NCBI RefSeq assembly: GCF_006345805.1
Contig: NC_042997.1
Coordinates: forward strand, 77,190,001 to 77,254,000
Direction: 5' to 3'
Source: Octopus sinensis
Lineage: Eukaryota
Length of the DNA: 64,000 nucleotides
Below are positions 24,422-38,230 of the stretch, piece by piece (position 1 is the first letter of the stretch; every line of letters begins with the position of its first letter). The notes beneath the pieces are model-generated. The model did not search any database, was not told the DNA's origin, and was given only the letters and a program-made list of their open reading frames with translations. The translations under genes were made by a program, and so were the position numbers.

Positions 24422-25254
24422 CCAGGTGCATTCTAGAAGTTTTGAGACTTTTCAGGGAAGACATTGATTTTAAAAAGAGTACAAGATTCCAATCTCCGAA
24501 GTAGCATCTCCTGATTTAGTGCACTTGTAGCACTCAAGCAACTTCATGAAAGCCCTGTGGAAACCCTCCAAAGTGAAGGTATCCAGGACCCTTGTCACAG
24601 TCATTCTCATCTTTTTCAGTTTAGGGAGCAACCAAAAGTTACTGGTAGCAAGGTCTGAACTGTAGGGAGGGTGCAGGACAGTCTTGATTTCCATCTCTGT
24701 CAAGTAGTTGGTTACCAGGATAGAATTGTGGACTAGTGCATTGTCCTGGTGTACTGTGACCCTTTGTAATGAAATCTTTTCCTGAACCCCTTTCAAACCT
24801 CCACAAAGTATTCTTTGTTGACTGTCTGGCCAGAGGGAACCTGGTGAATGTAGATGATGCTCTTGGTGTCAGAAGAGAATATCACAAGCTTCCTAGTGGA
24901 CTTACAAAAACACAGATGCTCAGCTCATACAAGTTAATCCATAAGCAGCCAGGAGCATTTCGTAAGTTTCTGTTGTGTTTTTGTCCAGTTTAATATTAAA
25001 CTTTATTGCATAGTGAGCTTCTAAATTGTCTTTCATGTCCCAACTGCATTCTGCAAACTAATCAGCTGTGACAAACTGTTTAAGTAGGGTTATTTTTAAA
25101 GTGCTGTTGCAGCCGTCTCCTTCAGTTTGGAATAGCAAAAGCTGGCAGGTTGTTTTATTAGATGTGTAGGAATGATTTACTAAAATTACAATAATCTAGG
25201 ACAGTTATAACTGATTTTAAAAGAAAAGTCTCAAAACTTCTGGAATGCACTTTG
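24422..25254 (-). mobile_element. Degenerate mariner derivative
   Basis: TIR gtgcattctagaagttttgagacttttc / gaaaagtctcaaaacttctggaatgcac; HQDNA..H...HPPYSSDLA..NFWLLPKLK. Confidence 0.88.
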
Positions 25255-26025
25255 CTTTTCAAATCTTTTTAAATACCTATGGGAAAATACAATGGAATTT
25301 TTCTTTTATTTTCCTTAGCCTCTTGGAAAAAGTATTTTCTGTTAACCAAACCAATTATAGCAACCCATATGATGTGTGCATGATTATCATTTCAACAACT
25401 TTCAAATTTGTGGGATTAGCATTTCTTCACCACTTATTGCCCAGTAGATGAAAAATACATTTATTTATATTTTACTAGATATCTTATTGAGTTTAGTTTG
25501 TATTTAGACAGGTACCTAACATGTCTGTGTCAGTATTTTTGTGTATATTCAACCTCCAAAAACACAAAATTTCACTTTACAATTTTGTTTTCTGCATTGT
25601 AATGTATCTCATGGGACAAAACCATCTCAGCCAGTGATTTATTGGATAGTTATGTAGTTATATAATTGAATCCTAATCACTTCTCTTGGTAACGTATTGT
25701 TTGTAATTTTAACTCTTTGCAAGAAAGACTGGATTTAGAGTCAGAAAACTAATAATGATATATTCACCAATTTTTCTGTAAACTATTAAGTCACAGTCAT
25801 GTTTACATGATTTCATTGATATAGTAAATAATGTTTTCACTTGATAATCAATAACTTAACAATAAATCTTTATGGCACTAAATTTCATGTACTATCTCAC
25901 ACTGTACAACAACTACTATCATTATTGTTGTTGTTTGTTTTAGATTACTATTCTAATGAAACATCATTTCAATTATTCCAACTTTTTCATTGCTGTTATT
26001 TGTAATTTTTGTATATTTTTTACAG

Positions 26026-26068
26026 CTTTCATCTGCATCCCTTATTAAAAGATAGTGAAGACTTCAAA
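26026..26068 (+). CDS. NUP188: NUP188 coding exon ((S)FHLHPLLKDSEDFK), phase 2/0
   Basis: ttttttacag|C...AAA|gtatgt; 43 nt restores phase 0; aligns to human RELHQFAQDG. Confidence 0.82.
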
Positions 26069-27043
26069 GTATGTATTAAATTACATTTATAACTTCTTTA
26101 TTAACAAATAATAGACTTTAAATATTATTGGTTGTTTTACTTCTATTCTATTTTATTTCTTCATTTTGTTTTCATTTGTCTCATCTTCTTTTATGTATTT
26201 TGAAACAACAGTTTCTTCTTAGATTGATCTTTGTTTATATGTTTCTCTTTACTTTCAAGAAATATAGTATCAATTATTTATTTTGTAAAAATTCTGTAAG
26301 AATTAAAATTATTGTCTTTCAGCTTATATAGGAGAATGGGCTGAGATTGTCATAAAAATCATAAACAATTGAGTCTATCTTTTCTTATTTTCATAGGGTG
26401 ACCTCATGGTTCATTACATTTAAAGCTTATATCCAACTGTATCCCTCTTATTATATCATTATTATTATCTTTATTTTCATCTTGCTCACAATCAAACATG
26501 AACTATGAGACGGTTCAGTTAGATAATTAGAAATTTATAAATGAAAATTTGGTCTGTTGAGAAATATAAACTACATAGGGGAAGGGTATAACTATTGATT
26601 GTTCTTGAGAATTTCAGTGGCTGAGTAGGTAAGACGTTAGTCTGCTGTCTTATACTTTTAGAATTCAAATCCACTGCTGGTGTCTCATTGACTAGAGGAA
26701 GACATTATGTGAGTTCCAAACAATGGACCCAGAATTTTCTGGCAGTTGTCTGTATTTGATTAATGACTAATGTCCATGCTATTGAAATAACTAATATCTT
26801 TTAGTGTCACTCTCCACACACCTTTAAGTAAAATCAAATATTTAATATGGTTTAGTTTCTGTTTGTCATCTGTTGTAATTTAATATGTACATATGCTTTA
26901 GCTAAGATTAAATTGATGAATTGTTATTGTATAGAGTCTTCCAGTGCCATATTATAGTTATTTGGAATATTTGGAATATTTTTATAACTCTAAATATTTG
27001 ATTTGATTGGGTAACTGTTTTCCTGTTGAATGACATTCCTTAA

Positions 27044-28121
27044 CCCTTTCGTTACCAAACCACCCATGCCACCCGAAAAAAATTTTGGTTAATGTGACCA
27101 AACCTGCCCGTATTTACCTATTCATATTTAAATGAGAATATCAGAGCAAATCTCTTTAGTACATTCGTGAAAACAAGTGATTATACTTCGTAAACAGTTT
27201 ATCTACAGTTTTGTACAACGATCGAAGTGTAATTTTACTTCTGTGAATTTTGGGAGATTTTTTTCCCGAAATTTGTTTCTATTATGTTTTCAGAATTTGT
27301 AATTCTGACAAAAAATGGATACGAATTTCATTATATCAAGCAGCGAGTCAGAATTCAAAGGATTTTCTACTGAAGACCTTGATAAATCTAACTCTATGAC
27401 TGAAAAAAAAAAGCATGTGGTATTTGATAATGAATCTGATGTTTCATTTTCCGAAAGTGAAAACAGTGAATCCGAGAGCTCCGACAGCAATAAAGAAAAT
27501 GAATTGGTACCTGAATGGAGTGAAAATTTAAAAACTGTTTCTTTCGGTGATTTTTCTGAAGAAACTGGACCAAGCCACAGACTTTCCCAGGAGAGTAAAG
27601 TGATAGACTATTTCTTTTTACTTTTTCCGATGAGTCTATTTGAACTCATTACGGCGGAAACGAACCGTTACGCTAAATGTAAACAAAGCGAAAGAAAGGA
27701 TAGTTAGTGGTTTCCCACAACCTTAAGTGAAATTAAGACTATTTTGCCATAAATATTATTATGGGTATCAGAAAGTTACCCAGAATAACAAATTCTATCG
27801 TAAAATTTTGTTGTATACCCAATTGAATATTAGCTAATAACCCATTTTCTATAGCGATGTTTGAACAAAATTTTAATAATTTTATATTTTGTTGAATTTA
27901 CCTGTATCTACCTGCAATTAGAGTCTCTTTGTGACAAAAATTATAGTATAGAATTGGTTGAGAACATTACATTAAATTATCTTCCAAAAATCACATTAAT
28001 ATATTGATAAATAAAAAAGTTATAGTTGTTTAATGAAACCAGACTAAATTTATGATTATGTTAGAAATTAATTGAAACACATAAGGGGTGTATTTTGTTC
28101 AGAAATATAGTAACGAAAGGG
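27044..28121 (+). mobile_element. Non-autonomous piggyBac deletion derivative, copy 2 (inverted relative to copy 1)
   Basis: TTAA at 27040-27043 and 28122-28125; same TIR; 130-aa ORF 27315-27707 with 7 aa differences from copy 1. Confidence 0.93.
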
Positions 28122-31100
28122 TTAAACAAAGTTAGCAGTAGGATGGATGACCATTTAATTTTCAGTTTAGACAGTGATAGGGAACATTGGTAGGTTTTTA
28201 GGTGACACACATGGTGGACTTTGAAAGAAAATTTCCTTGCATTATCATGTTATAAAAAGCTTACTAAAACTAAAGTACATATTTATATGGTGAGTGACAC
28301 TCCGATTACAGAATTATTAAAGAAATTAAAATTTCAGTATCTAAGGTTGTAAAAAGGTTTACCATTGCTGATCTAGGATGTCAATGCTAATTAGAGTGAA
28401 GAACAAATTTAATTAATCCTAGTAGATTTGGAGTCCTGAATTGAGAAGGATGAAATAAAGTTCATTAGAGTTTTAAAAATATATAATTTCCCATTTAACA
28501 GTGAGATCAGGTAATTGTAAAAGAAAGTAATATAATTGTAAGAGAAGTTTAAAAAGGAAAAAATTGGAAAACTACCAGTGGTGACTATTGGCAAATGAGA
28601 TATAGAATGCAGTTAACGAGTTTAGATAAGCCTGTATGCCATGGGAAGAAAAGTGACTTTTCATGTCTGACCTTTTGACTATGAGAAAAATTCCTCCTCT
28701 TTAATCCCACTAGCAGGTTGAAATAGTAGTGGAAGGATAGTGGGGGTGGAATAGAAAAATTACACTGGAAGAAAATGATGTAGAAGACATACTGCAAAAT
28801 AAAAGAAAACATGAAGGAACAAAATGTTTGCTAAAATTTGGTAAAAGATCAACTTAAAAGTGAAATAGGAGAGATCAACAACATGGCAAAAGAGGAAGTA
28901 GATATAGAGATTAGAATATAAGAAGAAAAACTAGTGTCATAAATTAAAGACAAAATAATTACTTTTCTCAAAAAAACAATAAAAAATTAAATGAAATGAA
29001 AGGGATAATTAAAATAGTGAAGGGAGGAAAGATAGAGATAAGATAAGGAAATTATTAGAAACTAATTGGGAGGTTCAGCAAATCATTAGAAATGAAATAA
29101 AGAAATAGAGAATCTAAATAATAGGAACAAAAGAGACTTATAAGGGGCACAACTGATGGCAATTGAAGAAAGTAGAGATATGGATAAACTAAAACAAACC
29201 TGTTATTACTAGTCTTTTTGTTTTGTTTTTTTAACTGGAAATTTTGGAAATAAAACAGTTTGTTTTTAATAAAATAATTGAAATAAGAAGAGATTACAAA
29301 ATAAATAGAGGGAAAGAGAGATGTATTAGCTACAGTTAAAGGAGGCCATAAGTAAAACAAATGACAACAGCAATTGGTCAGAACTGGACTTTAGAAGAGA
29401 AGAATAAAACTAAAATGATTTTTATCCCAATTAAAAAGAAAGAAAAGAATCATTATAATAATGTGTTGAAGAATAAGAGATGAAAGTATGATGACAGGAT
29501 TAAAAGGAGAGAATGAAGTAAAAATAAAAGAGAAGAGAAGGAATTAAGAGAAAGAAAATCATTCATTGATGCTGGCATAGTTTATATAAGATACTGAATA
29601 TGAAGATAGAAAGCTTCTCCTTACATTTAAGGTTTATTACAGGATTTATAATGTAAGGTTGTTAACTAGATAACTTGATGTATCCACCTTTGTCTTTCAT
29701 TTCTATAAGATATTTGAATGTTGTTTTGTTTTTCCTCTTTTATCACAGCTTCAATTTATTGTTATTGAAATATTGAAAACCTCAGTATTATTCCAGCTCC
29801 AAGAATTTTCTGTTTACTGTTTAATCTCTGGATGCTTGATTCTTCAGATAAAGTCCCATAAGCTTAGGCTTTAATATCCTTTCTAATCCTCCAGCTACAG
29901 ACATCAGATCAGCAGAATTAAATTCCCTTATTATCTTATCCATTTCCAGTTTTTCATAGGCTAAGTTATTGGTATCCCTAAGGATTTTTTCTTAGTTCTT
30001 TTTATTGAGATTGCAAAGACATTCTCATTCAACAGCTATTTGGCTAGTTTCAGTTTCAAATTGCGGTTTCACATAAAGAAAATGTAGCCTTGGTAATTGA
30101 GGAGATTTTTAAAAAGCCATCTAGTGCTCAATGACTTGAAAGATTAAGCTTCTGTTTCACTATTCTCCATATCTTATTGAAAACAATTAGCATGTAGATA
30201 TATTGTTTCAGTTCATTTTTATGTTTACTTTAGTGCAAGAGATATTGCACCATAAACTAGAAAAATGGCCCTCCATACAAATCCTTAAAGATTCTCTATG
30301 ATGTGTTTGTGTATATGTGCTTGCATGCATGTGCTTCATAAATGTTCTTTCAATCAGTGAAAATTTAAATGTTACAACCTTTCTCACACGAATCTTAATT
30401 ATTTAATTGGTACAAGAACATCAATATTTCCATTAAACTGGAACTAAATTCTGTCCAAAATTCCAATAACTATCTTCTATACATGTCTCTTATTGTTACT
30501 ATTGATAGCCCCTTTCAACTATCAAAACCACTTGTTATTCCTTTATTCTAAACAATTCCACTCTTTCATTATTCCTTCATTTTCATTATCTCTATTTTGT
30601 AAACTGCATTCTAGAATTCCTTTCTGTTTATATTCACAAATTTCAGTTGTATCCCTCTAACTTTTCTGTCTCAAACTCTCCCTCCAAGTGTGAAGTGGTA
30701 GAGTTCAAGCTGCTGTTTGTAAAATCTGCTATTAGTTGTAATCTTCCATAGTATATACACTAAAGACATTTGTCTTGATTTAATTTCAATAAGAAGCTAT
30801 TTTTGCAATGTGAGTCAGAGATGTCTAAAGAAATTTTGAAATACAAATGTGAGAAAGATGCATAAATTAATACACGCAATATTCATAATCAACCCTTTGT
30901 ATTCTTGTAAAACTTAACTTTAATGAAAAAACTTGACTGGGTGATTTTTATTGTATTCATATCATCATAATTGTTGACTTTTCATCTTTGTTCAAGATGT
31001 AATTTGGTTTAGTAGAAATGGAGCAATAGTGTTATTGATTACAAAATTACTTGTTATAAGTTCACCCAGAGATCAAAGATAATACTTGAATTGGTTGTTT

Positions 31101-31465
31101 CTCCTATATTTATTGCTGTAAACTCATATTGGAAAGTTTTCTAAGACAGAATCAATGAATTTCATGTCCATTCTCTCATATACTTGTGCATTCTCATAAA
31201 ACGTATGACTCTGTGTGTATGTGTGTGTGTGCCTATTATGTACATAGATCTCTTTCTATCTTATATCTCCATATGAGTCATATTTTATTCCTTAAAATTT
31301 TGATAATCTTTCCGTATCTCATCTCTCTTACCTTTTATATGCATATTAATATTTTCATTTCTTCAGTTACTATATCTACATATCTGTATTGGTCAACACT
31401 CACACACACAAACATATCCCAATGTTGTCATTCAAATATATTTGTTTATACTCTCTCTCTTACAG

Positions 31466-31669
31466 ACACTTGACAAATCTTTTCGAAGTCTGTCAGGCTT
31501 ACCAACTCATGGACCACTTCTTCTTGGTTGGACTGTTACTCGGAGTTGCCATAGTGTGGACCGAGAAGATGAACGTATCATACGTAAACTTGGTTCACAA
31601 GCTACCCAACTGAAGTCTTTAAATTATATAAGTACTATGCTAGAAGGACCACATTTTTCATGTGATAAT
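31466..31669 (+). CDS. NUP188: NUP188 coding exon (TLDKSFRSLSGLPTHGPLLLGW...IRKLGSQATQL...FSCDN)
   Basis: ctctcttacag|ACA...AAT|gtaagt; 204 nt; matches human PHHAPVLLAW...VRKIGGTAIQLNVFQYL. Confidence 0.93.
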
Positions 31670-31789
31670 GTAAGTAAATATGCACCATCATCATCATCAC
31701 CATCATTTAACATTCATTTTCCATACTGGCATGGGTTGGATGTTTTGACAGAAGCTGGCAAACCAGAGAACTGCAGCAAGCTCTACTAT

Positions 31790-32250
31790 ATATAGACAAC
31801 AACTGACTCACCTGCCATTTCTCTCCATTTTCTCCCACCATTTGGGCTCCCCTACCAAGGGTTCTAGCATTTACTTCTCTCACCACATTATCCATATATA
31901 AATTAAACAACCCTGTCTTTACCCCACCTTCATATCAAACTACTCACTTACTTCACCACCCACCCTAATGTATGCCCTACTTTCTCTATAAAAACTCTGA
32001 ACAGCTCTCAGCAATCTACCATCTACTCCATACAACCGCAACACCTGCCACATTGCATCCCTATCCACTCAGTCATATGCCTTCTCTAGGTCCATAAAGG
32101 CCCAATACACCTCCTTCCCTTTTGCCAAAAACTTCTCACACATGCTTGATCTATACACCTCCTTCCACTCCTAAAACTAACATTGCTCCTCCCCTAGTAC
32201 ATTCTCTGTCTGGTTCCACACCCTAACAACCAGAATTCTCCCATACTTAT
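31790..32250 (-). mobile_element. RT fragment of a different RTE/BovB-type LINE
   Basis: GKEVYWAFMDLEKAYD...WQVLRLYGVDGRLLRAVQSFY...LFNLYMDNVVREVNARTLGRG...WQVSQL. Confidence 0.85.
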
Positions 32251-35066
32251 ACTCCTAAAATGTTTTTTTCATCCATGTTACTAGTATAAAAGAACAAAAT
32301 AGGTAATTGATAGTGAGTTCAGATTTCATGAATTCAATATCAGATTATCTGAGAAATATTGAAAAATTTATTGGATAGTGCTGTAATCATTTAACATCTA
32401 TCTTCCAAGTTGGCTGGCTTGTGTGCTTTAACAGGCTTTACTAAGCCAGAGAATTGTGTCAACCTCAAGTAACTATTTTGGCATGGTTTCTACAGTTGAA
32501 TGCCCTTCCCAGTGCTACATATATTACTGGGTGTTTTGGGTTTCTATTTTCTTTCTTTTTTTTTTGTGATACTGGCACTAGTCAGGTAACCAGGTAACTC
32601 ACTAGAGAATGAGAAAGTCTGCACAAAGTGAGATTGTTGTGGAGAGAATAGTGTTGAGAGGCCAAAGTATGAGGAACAGGTATCTTGCTATAGAAGAGAT
32701 ACATGGCTATATAAGGGTGAGTTGGAGTTGCTGGAAACAAGAAAATGGGGATGAAGTGTCAGAGCATACTCTCAAGAGTAAGAGAGAATACAGACTGAGA
32801 ATAAGGCAAGGTGGGTGGATAAATGTATTAGACTGTGACTAGAGAGTTATAGATGGGAGTGGAAGTGAATGTAAGGGATGGAACAAGGGTGGAGGTGTAG
32901 GAGGTGGCAAATATAATATGGGAGTGGGAGATGAGAAAAACAGAAAAGGCTCAGGAAAGAGGAGGTAATATGTGGAAGTGCAGGAAGGGTAGAGAGAAGC
33001 AGTATAATAAACCTGAGTAGAAAATAGGGAGATGATGTACAGGGTGGGAGAATGAGGATAGGCGTGCAGTGACAGAGATGAATCTAGGAGTAGCTATAGT
33101 AAGTGGGCAAAGATTGTGGCGAAACTGCATGGCAGATAAAACTCCCAGACTTATAAAGAAGCCAATGAGATCAAGGGATATATTTCTGAGAATAGAATAT
33201 TAAATGCTCCATCAGTGCCAATGCTAACAGCCTTAATTGTTAGAATTGACTCTGATGTAACATTTAGCATGGTTGTATTCATTCAGTGACAGTGGTTATG
33301 TAGATCAATTTAAAGTTAGCCATGGTCTGTAGTATGAGGGAGTAATATGATTTGGGGCTCTGATTTTCAGTTATGTTTCCCTAATTAGCAAAACTGAATA
33401 CATCTAAAGAATTGTAATTTACAATTCTTTAGATAATAGTAAATAATTGATGGAGTGTGTCTTGAACCAAGTAAGGTAGAATAGCAGTTTGTCATTAAGA
33501 GAGTATCATCGTTTGGTATATAAAAAAAATATTGGCATCTTTCCACAGATCATAGTAAATAGCTTATTGATAGAAGATGTGGTATGTATTCTAGTTTTCT
33601 GCTTTGTTTCAGCACACCTAGATTATCCAGTAGTATATGCTATTGTTTTAATCTGTCAGAAAATCCTTACTGGTATTAAGTTAAGAAATCTATATCAAAG
33701 AAACAGTGCAGTAATACTTGAACTGCTGAATCTCTTCAAGATAGTAATTTCTTCAATTTTATTCACATGTTTAAGCTATGATGTACAAACTTCTGACTTT
33801 TCAAGTCATTGTAGTCATTTTCTATTTTGTTGTTGTTACTTTCCTCATCTGGCTTTTATTTGAACTGAGAAACATTGAAGTAAAATTAAATTTTAACAAA
33901 ACAAGTGAAATGAGTGAGAAAATATTCACAATTATTGAACACTGTCTGAATATGTATGCTTTTTACTCATTGTCTTTGTCATTTTCTATCTTTGCATTTC
34001 TAATTTTTTGTTCAAATTCTCAGTAAAATATTAAACCAAGAGAAGATTAAAATTTTATTAGTTCCTTTCATGTTGTTGAGAAAATATTCATTTGGTAGGG
34101 AAAACTTTGAAAATGAAAATTGAATATTACATTACAAATGGAAGAAAATATTTTTTCTCAATCCAAAACAATTAGATGAAGAATTTTGATTAAAGTTTCA
34201 CTAAATTTTTTTAGGTAATTTTATATATTTTCTTCATGTCGACATGTGTATGAAGTAGCAAATATATCTTCATATATATCTTCAAATATATCTTCAACAG
34301 GCTACTTAGCTGATGGATTTAAAAGCAAATTTAAATAGAAGACTTAGTTTTCACAATACTTTTATATATTTATGGAAAGCCAATGAAATAATATTTTTAT
34401 TTAAAGCCTTCACTTTCATCATAAAATAGTTGTTAGAGCTTTGCATTCTGAAAATAGAAAATGTGATGTTTATAATTTTGATATTGATCTATTTTGTTTC
34501 CAAAATCTTGCAATATTTTGTGTGGTTCAGTCTAGCTTGATGGACTAAGTTGAAATAAAGTGCACTTGAATGATTCAGCACCTTAAATAATATAAAGTGA
34601 GCTCTGGGTTAATAATTGTATAGATGTGATAAATAAATTTTTCTCTAAAATTTGTTAGTATTGTATCAACTTAAGTTAAACATCTTTCTTCTCTTTTAGT
34701 AATCCAGTAGACCAATAATTAGCTCATGAAAGTGTTTTAGTCAATTAGAGAATTATTAATCTTAACTCTATTGCTTTCCTATATTCAATTAACAATGCAG
34801 TGACTTTGAAAAAATTATTTTAAAAAGCAAGGAAATCATTTTTAATTGTCTTATTATTTTCTGAGATATTAATTTCTCAGAACTGTGATATTTTATTTTG
34901 ATTTTTCTCTTCATTGTATTTCTTTTCTTTTTAGTAAAATTTTTTCAAATATGTTTCCTAACTGGCAATGATTTCATTGTTTTCTTTATTAGATGTCACA
35001 TGTTACATCTTTTTCTGAAGATATTTCATCTGCAATATCTAATGAGGTTTTCTGTTGTATCACCAG

Positions 35067-35156
35067 GTTGTTTCATCAGTTGCATACTGTACTGTATATA
35101 CCCTCCTCTGTACATTACTTGATCAGTTTCAGGAAGACACTGTAGGTGGCGTAGAG
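35067..35156 (+). CDS. NUP188: NUP188 coding exon (VVSSVAYCTVYTLLCTLLDQFQEDTVGGVE)
   Basis: caccag|GTT...GAG|gtaaga; matches human STACMCVYGLLSFVLTSLELHTLG. Confidence 0.88.
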
Positions 35157-36155
35157 GTAAGACACTGTTCTTTTATTTTTTCCTTCTTTTTTATAACCTC
35201 ATAATAATTAAAGTTACAAAATGTTTGTTGCACTGAATGTTATTTAGTGAGCAAATTAGATAGTTAATGATGGACCACAGCAATGTATATTCATTTTGTT
35301 TTTTATCCTTTTTATATAGGATGTAATTGTGAAAAAAATGCAAATAACTCCAAAGCCTTAAGAGTGTGTCTGTGCCAGTGCTTAGCTCCAGATTTGTGAT
35401 ATTATGCAGATAAAAGATTGGACATTATCACATTTAGCATTCTTTGGTATAATACCTACTACTATATCTGACTACTACGTAAATTGAGTTATGTAAGATT
35501 AAAATAGTTCAGGATTTGTAGTCCTGTATGCTTTACTCCACTTCTACATTTTAGGATGTATATAACTATTGGAATTTTTGAATTAGAAAGAATTTTTGTA
35601 AAACAACAGTTAATATTTCATAACTATTCTTTATGCTTATTATGATACCATTTAAATTTTTTTTATCAAATTAGAAAGTAAGTTGGAAAAAAAACTTCAT
35701 TATCATTTTACATGTTTCAGATGATTTGAGCTGAATGTCTCACAATGATCCTATCACACATTATGGTTTACACCACCTTGTACATAAAGCAACAGAAATA
35801 ACTAAGATTGTTATTATTTATGTGTTACAGTGGGACTAGGTACATTTTATCACACTATTGGCATAAATATGTTCTAATTTTCATAGATGTCCTCTGATAA
35901 TATAATAGTTTATTTCCACTTCTAAAATACCAAATAAGAGACAGGTTCAAATAAGATGCTCAGTTTGTAATTCCTTCCTCATAGACAAGATATATTTATA
36001 ATTGATTTTTTTTCCTGAATTTGTATAGAAGTTGTCTTTCTTTTTTGCAATTCATAATTTGAACCAATGCATAATAATTTTCTTCATTCTCTGCTGTCAT
36101 TTAAAAAAAATGATAAAACTGTGAGTGAAAATTTGTTTTTAAATTCAATTTGCAG

Positions 36156-36221
36156 GTTCTTTGCACAGTAATATCTCAACTTTTGAGTAAACCATCTATT
36201 GCTAATGATATGTGGAGACAG
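36156..36221 (+). CDS. NUP188: NUP188 coding exon (VLCTVISQLLSKPSIANDMWRQ)
   Basis: tttgcag|GTT...CAG|gtaggt; matches human EVLADPSLPELFW. Confidence 0.87.
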
Positions 36222-36662
36222 GTAGGTGATTTTATGCTTTTATATGATAATTTTTTTTTAAAGTTTACCTTTCTTGTTTTTGTTCTTTAGTCTCAGGCCA
36301 GACTTGACTGAGAAAGCCTATGATCAAAAGTGATCCCATTTTTTCAAAGATATTAGGCTGTGATTTTAAGAAAATTTAGTTAATTTCTAGCTGGGCAAAT
36401 AACCTTGTAGAAGTTCCCTTGTTGGCTTAATTTTGCTATTGAAATGTACTTGTCATTTTTATGTTGTCTTCTATCTGTCTAACAATTACAGTGTATTTTG
36501 TTTTTCGTAATATATTTTATGCAGATTATGTAGATTGTTGAGGCCTTTATATTGGTTGTTTGGAGCTTGTATTTTCTCCAATTAAACTGCTACAATATTA
36601 TTATACAATATAAGGTTCTAAAATGTGAAGAAAATATATACCTATATTGCATATAGATATGG

Positions 36663-37450
36663 TCATCATCATCATCATACATCCATTTTCCATGCTGGCA
36701 TGGGTTGGACAGTTTGACTGAAAACTGGTTAGGTGGGGAGCAGCACCAGATTTCAATCTGATTTGGCATGGTTTCTACTGCTAGATGCCCTTCCTAGTGC
36801 TAACCACTCCAAGAGAGTAGTAGGTGCCTTTTACATGCCACTGGCATGGGTACCAGTTACGAAACAGTGGTATCATTTACAACTATAATCTCACTTGGTT
36901 TGACAAGTCTTCTCAATCACGGTGTATTGCCAAAGGTCTCAGTCACTGTCACTGCCTCAGTGAGGCCCTAAATTCAAAGGGTGATTTTTACGTGCCACCA
37001 GCATGGGTGCCTGGTACACAATACTGGCATCAGCCATGACTACAATTTCACTTGGCTCATTGGGTCTTCTCAAGTACAGCATATCACCCAATGTTTGAAG
37101 AGTGTCTTTTATATGCTACTGGTCTTCTCAAGCACAGCATATCACCATCTTAAATTCCTCTGTTATTACCTGGAGGACTATGAAGAACAAGAGGGGGCTG
37201 AGGATTGATCCTCAGTGAATGCCTACTTGTACCCTGAATTCCTCACTATACTCATTGCTAACCTACACCTAACTGACGGTTTCCCCACACATGGTTTGTA
37301 CAGCTCTCACCAACCACTTATTTATCCCTAGCTTCCACATTGACCACCAGATAAGGGAACAAGGGACTCAGTCAAAGGCTTTCTCCATCTCAAAAGCCAG
37401 GTACAGGGGTTTAGTTTTGGCTAGATATTTCACCTGCAGTTGCCTAAGCA
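36663..37450 (-). mobile_element. Degenerate rearranged RTE copy (3'UTR plus RT piece)
   Basis: (CAT)n, ccatgctggcatgggttggac, and RT piece QVKYLAKTKPLYLAF...PLLFFIVLQ matching the large RTE. Confidence 0.85.
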
Positions 37451-38230
37451 GGCAATTTCATATAGAAATTTTAATATTACCTAATCAGGCTAGATGATGG
37501 AAACCATGCTCAATATTATAAACAAGTTTTAAATAGACTGTGAACAGAAGAAATCTTGCAGCAAAATCAGCATACTGAATGACTTTAGTTCAGTAACATA
37601 TAGTTAATGTATGTGTACACTTGAACTTGAGAAGATCTTTTACTGAGGAAATAGTCTGGAGAGAAATTTATCCTCTATGGCAACATGTATGAATAATGTC
37701 ATCAGATTGCAGGACACATGCGTTTCTACATTGTTAAGCATCATCAACCACAAAATTCATAGCCCTGATAGGGCTGTGAACAATGGCTGGGCATTCCATC
37801 AATTACAATGACAACTATTCCAGTTGATTTGAACAATGGAACAGCCTGCTCATGGAATTAATAGGCAAGTGACTGAGCACTCCACAAAAATGTATACAAA
37901 TATCTCTGAAAGATTCAGCATGATATGTCTAATGTGACATGGTTGGCCTATTTAACTATCAGTACAACTCATTTTTGCCAGTTGAGTGAACTGGAGCAAA
38001 GTGAAATAAAATGTCTCACTCAAGGGCACAATATGCCACCAGGAATTGAACTCATGGCCATACAATTGTAAGCCAAATACATTAACCACTAAGCCACATG
38101 CCTTCACAGCTGGGAACAATATAGCTCTGATATATAAGAAGTGCAAACAATAAATTTGCTGGTGTGGGCAGGCTGGAATTAATTAGAGTCACATAAAACA
38201 GTTCTGGATGAAATATATTTATAGACTTTA

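Noticed and set aside
28330-29560. Purine-rich stretch, possibly an ancient LINE relic; similar stretches at 32600-33200 and 47300-48400
   Set aside because: No motif could be read with confidence.
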